From assembly GCA_036788695.1 (NCBI GenBank), contig DAIQMY010000001.1, positions 396,767 to 460,766 on the forward strand: a stretch of DNA of 64,000 nucleotides, in the 5' to 3' direction. The DNA comes from Candidatus Levyibacteriota bacterium (GTDB lineage: Bacteria; Patescibacteriota; Microgenomatia; Levybacterales; GWA1-39-11). Numbering within the stretch: the first letter of the stretch is position 1; the number at the start of each line of letters is the position of its first letter. Positions 10,408 to 20,288 of the stretch are shown one piece after another. The position numbers and the translations under genes are program-made. Under the pieces are notes generated by a model that was not told where the DNA came from, ran no database searches, and was given only the letters and a program-made list of their open reading frames with translations.

Positions 10408-11532
10408 ATGAATGTTGTAATTATTCTTCCCACTTTTAATGAACGAGAGAATGTTCAAAAATTAATTCCTGTTTTGGAGGATGATATTTTTCCTAAAATA
10501 AAAGGTCATAACATGCATATTCTTGTTGCAGATGATAATTCTCCTGATGGAACGGCAGAAGAAGTAAGAAAGTTAATTAAAAAATATAAAAATATTGAAT
10601 TGTCTTCAGGTCCTAAAAAAGGTCTTGGCGCGGCTTATATTCGGGGAATGTCACATGCTATTTCTGAAATGAATGCAGATGTAGTATTTGAAATGGATGC
10701 AGACGGACAACATGATCCAACGAAAATACCAGAATTTCTAAAGAAAATTGATGACGGGTATGATATTGTGATTGGTACAAGATACAGTGCCGGAGGCTCA
10801 ATACCTAAAAACTGGCCACCTCAACGAAAATTATTCTCAATTACTGCAAATATTCTTGTGAGAAGTATTTTTATGCGGTTTTCTATTCATGATTGGACAG
10901 GGGGGTATCGGGCTCTTAGAAAAGAAGTTTTTTTGAGAGAGAAAATTCATCTAAAAAATTATAACGGATATATATTCCAAATTGCCTTCTTGCATAAGGC
11001 AGTTGTTGATGGATTTAAGATCGGTGAAGTTCCTTTTCATTTTACAGATAGAACATTGGGCAAGTCAAAAATTGCACCATTAGGGTATATTTTTGACGTA
11101 TTATATTTTGTTATAACCGCAAGACTTCAAGAAATAATTTTTGGTCGGTTTGGTAAGTTTTTTACTGTAGGTTTAAGCGGACTCATAATAAATCTTTCGA
11201 CATATTACATACTCGCAAACTATTCACATGCGAGTCTAGTTTTTGCAAACACAGTAGGAGCACAGCTCGCGATATTCTCAAACTATAATCTTAACAATTT
11301 GTGGACGTTCCGTAATAAGCGTGCCAAGGCACCCATTCCGTACCTTATAAAAATGGTACAGTTCTTTCTAACCTCAAATATTGGAGTTTGGATCTTTCAG
11401 AATGGATCAATATATTTAGGGGAAAGATTATATGGTAGGCAGTTTTACCTACTCTACTTTGTAATAGGAACTGGTTTGCTTTTAATATGGAATTTCACCG
11501 TATACAGTAGGTTCATCTGGAAAGAAGATTAG
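10408..11532 (+). CDS. GT2 polyprenyl-phosphate sugar synthase (DPM1/ArnC-like) fused to a C-terminal GtrA-like membrane domain
   Basis: GT-A motifs ILPTFNEREN and DADGQHD. The C-terminal ~130 aa have four hydrophobic helices typical of GtrA. Confidence 0.7.
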   Translation: MNVVIILPTFNERENVQKLIPVLEDDIFPKIKGHNMHILVADDNSPDGTAEEVRKLIKKYKNIELSSGPKKGLGAAYIRGMSHAISEMNADVVFEMDADGQHDPTKIPEFLKKIDDGYDIVIGTRYSAGGSIPKNWPPQRKLFSITANILVRSIFMRFSIHDWTGGYRALRKEVFLREKIHLKNYNGYIFQIAFLHKAVVDGFKIGEVPFHFTDRTLGKSKIAPLGYIFDVLYFVITARLQEIIFGRFGKFFTVGLSGLIINLSTYYILANYSHASLVFANTVGAQLAIFSNYNLNNLWTFRNKRAKAPIPYLIKMVQFFLTSNIGVWIFQNGSIYLGERLYGRQFYLLYFVIGTGLLLIWNFTVYSRFIWKED

Positions 11533-11546
11533 TTTTTTACCCCTCT

Positions 11547-13130
11547 ATGCGCAAGAAAATGAAAAGAATATTTTTTAAAAAAGAGAACATCGCAATAGTT
11601 TTTATTCTTTTGGTTGGTGGCTTTTTTAGGCTCTATAAAATCTCAGAATATCTTACATTTTTGGGAGATGAGGGCAGGGATGTTCTTGTTGTAAAGCATA
11701 TTCTGGATGGTAATCTTACATTACTTGGACCTACAGCCTCAGTTGGTGGATTTTTTCTGGGACCGATCTACTACTATATGATGGCTCCTTTTTTACTCCT
11801 ATTTAACTTTAATCCTGTGGGACCGGCTGTTATGGTAGCACTTTTTGGTGTTGCAACCATATGGTTGGTGTATAGGGTGACGCGTGATTTTTTTGGTTAC
11901 TATCCGGCTCTTATTTCCTCATTCCTGTATGCAATTTCTCCGTTAGTAATCATTTATTCAAAATCGTCATGGAATCCTAATACTGTTCCCTTCTTCACAC
12001 TCTTAATGCTGTTCCTGCTTTATATGGGCTTGATGAAGAAATCGAGTAAATATTTTTTTCTTTCAGGCATAACCCTTGGAATACTGCTTCAGCTGCATTA
12101 CCTGACAACATTTCTTGGTGTTTTCTGTGGTATTTATATTTTGGTGGGTACATTTTATGGCAATAGTAAAAAAATAGTAGAATCACTCAGAACAGTACTT
12201 AAAAGATATGGGCTATTTGCGGGAGGAATAATTATTGGCTGGTCGCCATTTTTGGCGTTTGAAATTCGTCACGGCTTCCCTAACGTTAAAAGTATCTCTG
12301 AATTTGTCCTCTCATCTGGCGAAACAGGGAATAACGGACAATACTTTACTATTGTCTCAGATGTTTTTTTAAGACTATTTGGAAGACTTCTTTTAGCATT
12401 TCCGAGAGTAGAAGATTTGCGTTTATATTCACCGGCAGTTTTAGATGTATGGGGTTTTGCCTCATACGCAATAGGATTTTTATCAATAATTATGTGTTTA
12501 GTCGGGATTATCTATTCATTTAGAAAAAAAGATTCGTCATTTTACAAATATTCTTTACTTCTTTTATGGCTTCTTATCTGCGTGCTTTTGTTTGGCTTTT
12601 ATAAAAAAGCGATTTATGATTATTACTTTGGAATTTTATTCCCCCTCCCCTTTGTTTTATTTGGCGGGCTTGTGTCTTACGCATTTACGCGAGGAAAAAT
12701 TGTGAGCATCGCAGTTTTAGTTGGAGTATTAGGAATGGTAGCGCTTAATTTATACAACACTCCAATTTTTTATCCCAGAAATAACCAGCTAAAACAGGTA
12801 AGAAGTATTTCTGAATTTGTGTTATCAAAAACAGATGGAAAGCCGTTTAACTTTGCTGTTATCTCATCGGGGGGGAATTCTGACTATGCATACAGATACT
12901 TTTTTGAGGTAAACGAAAAGATACCTGTAACTATAGAATTTCCCGGCGCGGATCCAAAAAGAAATACTATTACTGACCAGTTGCTAATTGTATGCGAATC
13001 AGTGCCATGTCAGCCCCTAGGATACCCCTTATGGGAGGTTGCAGGCTTTGGACAGGCGGAGATAGTGGGGGAATGGCCAATATCAGTTGTGAAGGTCTAC
13101 AAGCTGGTCCACTATGAGGAAAAAAAGTAA
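11547..13130 (+). CDS. GT-C family membrane glycosyltransferase (ArnT/PMT-like)
   Basis: About 12 TM helices with a loop motif FLGDEGRD after TM1. Positioned directly after the polyprenyl-P sugar synthase. Confidence 0.6.
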   Translation: MRKKMKRIFFKKENIAIVFILLVGGFFRLYKISEYLTFLGDEGRDVLVVKHILDGNLTLLGPTASVGGFFLGPIYYYMMAPFLLLFNFNPVGPAVMVALFGVATIWLVYRVTRDFFGYYPALISSFLYAISPLVIIYSKSSWNPNTVPFFTLLMLFLLYMGLMKKSSKYFFLSGITLGILLQLHYLTTFLGVFCGIYILVGTFYGNSKKIVESLRTVLKRYGLFAGGIIIGWSPFLAFEIRHGFPNVKSISEFVLSSGETGNNGQYFTIVSDVFLRLFGRLLLAFPRVEDLRLYSPAVLDVWGFASYAIGFLSIIMCLVGIIYSFRKKDSSFYKYSLLLLWLLICVLLFGFYKKAIYDYYFGILFPLPFVLFGGLVSYAFTRGKIVSIAVLVGVLGMVALNLYNTPIFYPRNNQLKQVRSISEFVLSKTDGKPFNFAVISSGGNSDYAYRYFFEVNEKIPVTIEFPGADPKRNTITDQLLIVCESVPCQPLGYPLWEVAGFGQAEIVGEWPISVVKVYKLVHYEEKK

Positions 13131-13340
13131 CTGTTTTTATTGTTGAGATTACATTACCTCTTATACCCTTTTTTAGATGTATCGTCATTTTTCTAAGCCT
13201 TGTATTTCGTATCCGATTATTCTGATGTTTTATTCAGTTGATACTCTGATGTATAACAAAAACCCGATTATTAAATGTTCCTTGAACGTCAAGTAACACT
13301 TGAATATCGGGTTTTTGGGTTTTTGTAGCAAAAAGAGAGC

Positions 13341-13484
13341 TTACTTTGCTCCAATTTTGAACATTGCTGTTCCACAAACTGGGCACTTTCCTTTCATTGC
13401 TGGTTTACCATTTTTCATGGTAACTGGTGTTGCGTTTGGATCTTCTCTTTTTGCGCGACATTTAACACAGTACATGCTTGCCAT
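13341..13484 (-). CDS. 47-aa zinc-ribbon protein (DUF5679-like), absent from the ORF track
   Basis: Translates to MASMYCVKCRAKREDPNATPVTMKNGKPAMKGKCPVCGTAMFKIGAK with CxxC...CxxC pairs. A GGAGGTG Shine-Dalgarno lies 8 nt upstream of the ATG on the minus strand. Confidence 0.7.
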   Translation of the reverse strand: MASMYCVKCRAKREDPNATPVTMKNGKPAMKGKCPVCGTAMFKIGAK

Positions 13485-13883
13485 ATTTAATAATCACCTC
13501 CTTTTTTTCTTGCTTTTATTAATATCCCAAAAAATGAATATTTAGGATATTGCTATGCAAGACAAAGTAAAAACTGAAAGACAAAAAGATGAGTAATGAG
13601 GTTATGAAAAGAGTCTGACGCGTATCACGGAGAACATACGTATAATCGTGAGAAGAATTTGATGCAACTGTTTTCTGAGGGTTTTTTTTTGATTGAATAG
13701 GTGAGAGAAATGAATATACAGGAGTTGTAGTAAGGCTACTTGCTTGAGTAATCATTTGGGCTTTCATTTTTTCTTTTTTTGTTTTTCTTTTTTTACTCAT
13801 ACAGCTTTATACCCAAATTAGAACGCAACTTAAATTGAGCCTGATCTGTGCTCATAGGGTGCATGACACAAAAAGTATCATAT

Positions 13884-13912
13884 TGACTTGCACTGTGTCA
13901 AGAGGCTAAAAT
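13884..13912 (+). promoter_or_regulatory. sigma70-like promoter TTGACT-N17-TAAAAT
   Basis: TTGACT at 13884-13889, a 17-nt spacer, then TAAAAT at 13907-13912. This lies about 37 nt upstream of the 13949 ORF. Confidence 0.45.
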
Positions 13913-13948
13913 AAAAAACGCCCTTTAAGGGTCCTTTCTCAAAACATA

Positions 13949-14419
13949 ATGAATCTTCAATTTATCTTTATTCTATGCCTTATTCTAGCTTTATGGAACG
14001 TGATTCTTACGTTCTTTTTTTTAAGGTTCTTTTTTTATTATCAACGCATAACAAAGGGGAACAAAAAAGAATCTTTAGTTAAAATGCTCGATCAAATTGT
14101 TTTAGATCAGGAAAGAATGAAAAAAGCACTTGACGAACTTGTTGCGGCCTGTGTTAAACTAGAAGCAGATGGTCTACTCCATATTCAAAAAGTAGGCCTT
14201 TTGCGTTTTAATCCATTTAAGGATACAGGTGGAGACCAGAGTTTTATTCTTGCCCTTGTTGATGCGAAGGGTACAGGGGTAATAATATCCAGTCTGCATA
14301 CAAGGTCAGGTACCAGATGGTACGCGAAGCATGTTACAAATGGCAAAGGTTCTGAATATGAACTCTCAAAAGAAGAAGAAGAGGCATTGAAAACAGCAAA
14401 AACCATGCGAACACAATGA
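13949..14419 (+). CDS. membrane-anchored protein, DUF4446-like
   Basis: N-terminal TM helix and a conserved-looking block RFNPFKDTGGDQSFILALVD. Confidence 0.45.
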   Translation: MNLQFIFILCLILALWNVILTFFFLRFFFYYQRITKGNKKESLVKMLDQIVLDQERMKKALDELVAACVKLEADGLLHIQKVGLLRFNPFKDTGGDQSFILALVDAKGTGVIISSLHTRSGTRWYAKHVTNGKGSEYELSKEEEEALKTAKTMRTQ

Positions 14420-15603
14420 AACAAACAAGAAAAAACATAATTCTTATTTCTATAATTCTCTATGGTGTAACTACCATTATCTCCTATTTTATTTTCGCAA
14501 ACACATCCTTTACGAATAACCTCATGAGAACGCCTATTCCCCAACCGAAACAAGTAGGAGGAGATAAAGATGGAAAATTAGTGTTTGATGAAACACTTCC
14601 CAAAACAGAAGCATGTCCATTAAACGGGCAAAAGTACTCAGTACAGCAGAAGAATTGGTGGGAAAAACATAGGCCTCTTGGGGTTATGATAGAGAATTCA
14701 GTAGATGCTCGCCCACAGTCTGGACTACAATCAGCGGATGTTGTGTATGAAGCCGTTGCTGAAGGTGGTATTACGCGTTTTCTAGCTGTATTTTATTGCC
14801 AGGACGCAGGGCAAATTGGTCCTGTTCGTTCTGCTAGAACATATTTCCTTGATTATATATCGGAATATGGAGAGAATCCTTTATACGCACACGTAGGTGG
14901 AGCAAACACCCCTGGTCCAGCAAATGCATTGGGACAAATTATAGATTATGGATGGAATTTTTATAATGATCTCAATCAATTTTCAGTACCATTCCCAATA
15001 TTTAAAAGAATTGAGAATATAAATGGACGACCTGTTGCAACAGAGCATACAATGTATTCAAATACTGGCGCATTATGGGAGTATGCGGCAGATAAGAGAA
15101 AGTTATCAAATAAAGATGAAGACGGTGTTAGTTGGGATAAGACATTTGTTCCTTACGCGTTCAAAGAGGATGCAGCATCATCTGCTAGGCCAGCAGCGCA
15201 AAAAATTTCATTTGATTTTTGGGACGGATATGAAGATTTTAGTGTTGTTTGGAATTACAATAGTGCGACAAATCTCTATGTAAGACAAAATGGTGGAGAA
15301 AGTCATATGGATAGAAATACAAAAAAGCCTTTGGCTGCAAAAAATGTTGTACTGTTATTCATGAAAGAATCTAACGCAAATGATGGGTATGAGAACAATT
15401 TACATATGCTTTACGGCACAAAGGGAACAGGGAGGGCACTGATATTTATGGATGGAAAAGAGATTGAGGGCAGATGGAAGAAGCCAACAAGGGAATCAAG
15501 GACAATTCTTACAGATGCTGCAGGTCGTCAGATAGATTTAAATCGTGGGTTAACATGGTTTGAAATATTAGCAACAGATACTAATGTGACTGTTACTCCA
15601 TGA
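14416..15603 (+). CDS. DUF3048 (YerB-like) secreted/membrane-anchored protein
   Basis: GVMIENSVDARPQSGLQSADVVYEAVAEGGITRFLAVFY matches the DUF3048 core. N-terminal TM anchor present. 4-nt overlap with the upstream gene. Confidence 0.6.
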   Translation: MKQTRKNIILISIILYGVTTIISYFIFANTSFTNNLMRTPIPQPKQVGGDKDGKLVFDETLPKTEACPLNGQKYSVQQKNWWEKHRPLGVMIENSVDARPQSGLQSADVVYEAVAEGGITRFLAVFYCQDAGQIGPVRSARTYFLDYISEYGENPLYAHVGGANTPGPANALGQIIDYGWNFYNDLNQFSVPFPIFKRIENINGRPVATEHTMYSNTGALWEYAADKRKLSNKDEDGVSWDKTFVPYAFKEDAASSARPAAQKISFDFWDGYEDFSVVWNYNSATNLYVRQNGGESHMDRNTKKPLAAKNVVLLFMKESNANDGYENNLHMLYGTKGTGRALIFMDGKEIEGRWKKPTRESRTILTDAAGRQIDLNRGLTWFEILATDTNVTVTP

Positions 15604-15683
15604 CGAATTCTATAAAGAAAACCCCTTGAGACACAGACTAATAAGTGTTACAATTCTTTGTACAAACTTGCCCCTAAAAACCT

Positions 15684-16259
15684 ATGCTAAAAGACCTCAT
15701 AACATCTAAGACGCGCGTAAAATTATTGTGTTTATTTATTGAAAACTCAGATGATATGTTTCATGTGAGAGAGGTTGTAAGAAGAGTTAGTGAAGAGATA
15801 AACGCGGTAAGACGAGAGCTAATTCTTCTTGAGAAAAAAGGCATACTTTCTCGTGAGCCAAGAGCAAACAGAGTATATTACTACCTTGATAAAAACTATC
15901 CTTTTTATTATGATTTAATCCATCTTTACGCCAAAACAAACGGATTAGGCGCTGATATTATTAAAAATAGAGTAAAGTTGGGAAAGATCAAATACGCAAT
16001 GCTTTCAGGAAAGTTTACAAGGAAAGTAAGAGAAAGCCCAGATGATGTAGATTTACTAATTGTAGGAACAGTTGTGTTGCCCGAGCTTGCATTGGTAGTA
16101 AAACAGGAAGAAGCAAAGAGGGGTAAAGAAATAAATTACACAGTTATGACTGAGGAGGAGTTTGTGTTTAGGAAAAAACGTCTTGATCCATTTATTGTCT
16201 CTGTTATAAGTGGTTCAAGAATTATGCTCATAGGGGATGAAGAGAGTATGCTTAGTTAG
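15684..16259 (+). CDS. putative transcriptional regulator with an N-terminal winged-helix domain
   Basis: The N-terminal ~70 aa resemble an ArsR/MarR-type wHTH (RVKLLCLF...VREVVRRV...IN). The C-terminal half is unassigned. Confidence 0.35.
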   Translation: MLKDLITSKTRVKLLCLFIENSDDMFHVREVVRRVSEEINAVRRELILLEKKGILSREPRANRVYYYLDKNYPFYYDLIHLYAKTNGLGADIIKNRVKLGKIKYAMLSGKFTRKVRESPDDVDLLIVGTVVLPELALVVKQEEAKRGKEINYTVMTEEEFVFRKKRLDPFIVSVISGSRIMLIGDEESMLS

Positions 16260-16319
16260 TTTTTCAAACGAAACTTTTTTTCTAAGGTTGCACCTACCCA
16301 CGATCTCTCTTGCCTGCAA

Positions 16320-17657
16320 TTGATTAAAATGAAAAATCCAAAAATATTTATAGTCACTCTTTTTTTATTCGTCTTATTTCTTATCATTTTTGATTTTCCG
16401 CAAAACTTTCAATTTCTAGGTGTAAAAACTCCCGAGAGCATAGATCTTAATATAGGAAATATTCATTTTAAAAAGGATATTTCATACAAATTAGGTTTGG
16501 ATCTTCAGGGTGGAACTCAACTCACATACAAAGTAGATATGGTGAATATTCCTGCATCGGATCAAGATAAGGCATTTCAGGGCGCAAGAAATATCATTGA
16601 AAGACGTATAAACTTTTTTGGGGTTGGGGAGCCGAGTATTCAAACCTTAAAATTAGGGAACGAACACCGTGTGGTAGTTGAGCTTCCTGGACTGTCAAAT
16701 GTAACTGAGGCAACGGGCTTGATTGGAAGAACAGCGGAACTGTCCTTCTGGGAACAAGGGAAAGAAATAAAAGGTGCATCCCCTTCACCAACGCTTCCTG
16801 TAGGTTTAGCATTGTTTCTTGGGAATAATCCTTTAAAAACTAAATTATCAGGAGGAGATTTAAAGTCATCACAAGTTGTATTTGGTAATACCGGGAGTTC
16901 TCAGCCGCAGGTACAATTGAATTTTACACCTCAGGGGACAAAGTTGTTTGCTGAGATTACAAAAAGAAATATTGGCAAGTCGCTTGCGATAGTTTTAGAT
17001 AACCAGCTCATAGAAGCTCCGCGTGTTAATCAGGCAATTTTAAATGGGGACGCTGTTATAACTGGAAACTTTACTGTAGAGTCCGCAAAGGCTCTCTCAA
17101 TTCAGCTTAATTCCGGTGCTCTTCCTGCGCCGCTTAAAATATTGGCACAAAAAACAATTGGGCCCTCTTTGGGTATTGATTCGTTGAAAAAATCTTTATT
17201 TGCAGGGCTTTTAGGATTTGGTGCTGTTGTTATATTTATGAGTTATCTTTACAAAAAAGAAGGAATCATTGCATCAATAGCATTGTCTATTTATATAATT
17301 GTGACACTGGCAATATTTAAATTTATTCCCATAACATTGACTCTTGCGGGAATAGCAGGATTTATTTTATCTATTGGTATGGCGGTAGACGCAAATATTT
17401 TAATTTTTGAAAGAATGAAAGAAGAATCTAGAGCAGGCAAGACAAAGGAGGTAGCTGTTAAGCTAGGTTTTGCAAGGGCATGGTCGTCTATTAGAGACTC
17501 AAACATCTCAAGTCTTATAACGTCTGCAATCCTTTACTATTTTGGAACAGGTATAGTTCGTGGATTTGCACTGACTCTTGCTATAGGAATAATTATTTCC
17601 ATGTTCTCTGCAATAATCGTAACAAGAAGTTTACTTAAAGTGTTTGATAAAAGTTAA
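16320..17657 (+). CDS. secD: protein translocase subunit SecD
   Basis: GLDLQGGTQLTY motif and a C-terminal six-TM SSD-like block. Confidence 0.85.
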   Translation: MIKMKNPKIFIVTLFLFVLFLIIFDFPQNFQFLGVKTPESIDLNIGNIHFKKDISYKLGLDLQGGTQLTYKVDMVNIPASDQDKAFQGARNIIERRINFFGVGEPSIQTLKLGNEHRVVVELPGLSNVTEATGLIGRTAELSFWEQGKEIKGASPSPTLPVGLALFLGNNPLKTKLSGGDLKSSQVVFGNTGSSQPQVQLNFTPQGTKLFAEITKRNIGKSLAIVLDNQLIEAPRVNQAILNGDAVITGNFTVESAKALSIQLNSGALPAPLKILAQKTIGPSLGIDSLKKSLFAGLLGFGAVVIFMSYLYKKEGIIASIALSIYIIVTLAIFKFIPITLTLAGIAGFILSIGMAVDANILIFERMKEESRAGKTKEVAVKLGFARAWSSIRDSNISSLITSAILYYFGTGIVRGFALTLAIGIIISMFSAIIVTRSLLKVFDKS

Positions 17658-17677
17658 ACATTTAAATTAAATATAAA

Positions 17678-18589
17678 ATGAATTTAATAAAATATAAAAA
17701 TTGGTATTTTTTATTCTCCGCGCTTTTAATTCTTCCTGGTTTGTTTTTCTTGTTTTATTCAGGGTTAAAGCCTTCAATAGATTTTACTGGAGGATCTGAA
17801 ACTGAATTTGAGATATTAAAAGCAAAAAAAACTATATCTGCAAAAGATATACAAGATATTATTCAGAATAAAGTAAGCGTAAACACAGTAAGGCTTACTT
17901 CCCCAAATACTTTTGTTGTAAGAACACAGCCAATAAGCAACGCGGAGAAAACTACACTACTTTCTCATATAAAAGTAAAATACCCATCTGTTTCAGAAAA
18001 ATCATTTGAGACAATAGGTGCAACAATTGGTTCGGAAACAGAGGCAAACGCTTTAAAGGCGGTAGTTATAGCATCAATTGCCATTACACTTTATATAGCG
18101 TTTGCGTTCAGGAAGGTATCAAATCCTGTTGCTTCCTGGAAATATGGAGTCGCAGCAGTTATTGCCTTGTTACATGATGTGCTGCTGGTAGTAGGAGTAT
18201 TTGCAATATTAGGTTACTTTTTCCATGTTGAGATTGATTCTTTGTTTATAACAGCATTGCTTACTGTTATGGGATTTTCTGTGCATGACACTATAGTCGT
18301 TTTTGATAGGATACGCGAAAATCTAAAGAAGGATGCGCGTCTCCCATTTGAGTTAATTGTAAATAATTCCATGCTTGAGACTTTGAATAGATCATTGAAT
18401 ACATCAGTTACCGTAGTTCTTGTTTTATTTATGTTGTTATTATTTGGTGGCGCATCAACTCAGTGGTTTATTGTTGCGTTATTGGTAGGGGTTGTCTCTG
18501 GAACATATTCGTCTATATTTAATGCTTCACCTCTTTTAGTTTTGTGGTATGAATTTGACAAGAAAAGGCAAAAGAAAATTAAGATCTAA
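17678..18589 (+). CDS. secF: protein translocase subunit SecF
   Basis: IDFTGGSE motif and six TM helices. Immediately follows secD as a separate gene. Confidence 0.85.
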   Translation: MNLIKYKNWYFLFSALLILPGLFFLFYSGLKPSIDFTGGSETEFEILKAKKTISAKDIQDIIQNKVSVNTVRLTSPNTFVVRTQPISNAEKTTLLSHIKVKYPSVSEKSFETIGATIGSETEANALKAVVIASIAITLYIAFAFRKVSNPVASWKYGVAAVIALLHDVLLVVGVFAILGYFFHVEIDSLFITALLTVMGFSVHDTIVVFDRIRENLKKDARLPFELIVNNSMLETLNRSLNTSVTVVLVLFMLLLFGGASTQWFIVALLVGVVSGTYSSIFNASPLLVLWYEFDKKRQKKIKI

Positions 18590-18664
18590 TTTCAAATTTT
18601 CAATTCGCAATAATTTCCATTTTTTATATAAGAATTTAGCCATAATTTTAATCCCTTTTATTCT

Positions 18665-19816
18665 ATGAGATTATATAATTCACAATCTAGGTCAAAGGAA
18701 GATTTTAAGACAATTTTACCCAATAAGGTGCTTATGTATGTTTGTGGCATAACACCAAACAATGCGACACATATTGGTCACGCATTCACCTATGTTTCCT
18801 TTGATATTTTAGTAAGATATCTGAAGCTGAAAGGATTTGAGGTAAATTACCTACAGAATGTGACAGACATAAATGATGGTGATGACGTGATTGCTCAAGC
18901 CCAAAAAACAGGTAAGACATGGCAGCAAGAAGCAGAGTACTGGGTTAATCACTTTCATCAGCAAATGGATGCGCTTAATGTGATTCGTCCCACTCAATTT
19001 ATTTTTGCAACAAGTGTGATGGATAAAATTATTGAGATAAATTCTGAGCTTATAAAAAAAGGATATGCATATGAAAAAAATGGGAATGTCTATTTTAATA
19101 TTTTGTCATTTCCCAAATATGGAGAACTTTCCCGGTATACAAATGAACAGATGTTATACATCTCAAAAGATCGCGGAAATAATCCTGATGATCCATATAA
19201 AAAAAATCCTTTAGATTTTGTTTTGTGGTTTAGATCAGATAGTATTCCTGCTTGGGATTCTCCATGGGGGAAAGGGAGACCGGGGTGGCATATAGAATGT
19301 AGTACCATGATAAATTCTCTATTGGGTCCACAAATTGATATTCATGGGGGTGGGCGCGATCTTATCTATCCTCATCACGATAGTGAGATAGCGCAGTCTG
19401 AAAGCTATACAGGAAAAACACCTTTTGTTCATACCTGGATGCATTCATCTATGGTTTTGTGTGAGGGGGAAAAGATGAGCAAGTCATTGGGAAACCTAGT
19501 ACTAGTTGGTGATTTACTTAAAAAATTCTCGCCTAATGCAATCCGTTGGATGCTTTTATCTCATCATTATAGATCACCATGGGAATACGAAGAGTATGAG
19601 TTGGAACAGATCGAAATAAAAGTTAGCAATATTTTGAGAGTTATTTCCGGTGTTTCAGATGATCACAAGACTGTGAATACGCAAGCGTTTGAACAAATTA
19701 TGGATGATGACCTAGACACTCCAAGCGTTTTACGCTACATAGAAAAATGTCTTGCTGATGGTGCAAAAAAAGAGGCAAAGAAAATGCTGAACATCTTAGG
19801 ATTTAATTTTGAGTAA
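18665..19816 (+). CDS. cysS: cysteine--tRNA ligase, short form (383 aa)
   Basis: HIGH motif THIGHAF, KMSKS motif, and the CysRS zinc ligand arrangement (CGIT, WHIECS, HGGGRDLIYPHHDSE). The C-terminal ~80 aa expected after KMSKS are missing. Confidence 0.75.
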   Translation: MRLYNSQSRSKEDFKTILPNKVLMYVCGITPNNATHIGHAFTYVSFDILVRYLKLKGFEVNYLQNVTDINDGDDVIAQAQKTGKTWQQEAEYWVNHFHQQMDALNVIRPTQFIFATSVMDKIIEINSELIKKGYAYEKNGNVYFNILSFPKYGELSRYTNEQMLYISKDRGNNPDDPYKKNPLDFVLWFRSDSIPAWDSPWGKGRPGWHIECSTMINSLLGPQIDIHGGGRDLIYPHHDSEIAQSESYTGKTPFVHTWMHSSMVLCEGEKMSKSLGNLVLVGDLLKKFSPNAIRWMLLSHHYRSPWEYEEYELEQIEIKVSNILRVISGVSDDHKTVNTQAFEQIMDDDLDTPSVLRYIEKCLADGAKKEAKKMLNILGFNFE

Positions 19817-20270
19817 GTGTTGATTTGACAATTGAGGATACAAGTCCAGCGTCAGCCTTGCCTTTTATCTGTTGCATAAGTGCTCCCATTACTTTGCCCA
19901 TGTCTTGTATTCCTGAGGCATTTGTTTTGGAAACAGCCTCATCAACGAGTTTTTTTATCTCGTCTTCTTGTAATTGTTCCGGGAGATATCCTTGTAGTAT
20001 ATTTAGTTCTTTTGTTTCTTTTTCAGCAAGTTCTGGTCTTCCACCTTTTTCATATAAATCAATTGATTCTCGTCTTTTTTTTACTTCCTTTGAAATAACA
20101 TCAAGAATATCCTCATCTGTTGCGGAATAGTTTACGCCCTTATTAATCTCTGCGTATTGAATAGCACTTTTAAGCATTCTAAGCGTTGAAAGCAAATCTT
20201 CATTTCGAGCGAGCATAGCTTTCTTTATATCTTCTTCTAGGGTGTCTTTAAGCATAAAATGATTATACAA
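19803..20270 (-). CDS. GatB/YqeY domain protein
   Basis: Sequence pattern LKDTLEEDIKKAMLARNEDLLSTLRMLKSAIQ matches the YqeY family. Confidence 0.7.
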   Translation of the reverse strand: MYNHFMLKDTLEEDIKKAMLARNEDLLSTLRMLKSAIQYAEINKGVNYSATDEDILDVISKEVKKRRESIDLYEKGGRPELAEKETKELNILQGYLPEQLQEDEIKKLVDEAVSKTNASGIQDMGKVMGALMQQIKGKADAGLVSSIVKSTLTQN

Positions 20271-20288
20271 TAAAAAGATGAGCGTATG

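Noticed and set aside
13300-13545. Plus-strand 81-aa ORF from the six-frame track
   Set aside because: It is hydrophobic and low-complexity with no RBS, and it is the antisense shadow of the well-supported minus-strand zinc-ribbon gene at 13341-13484.
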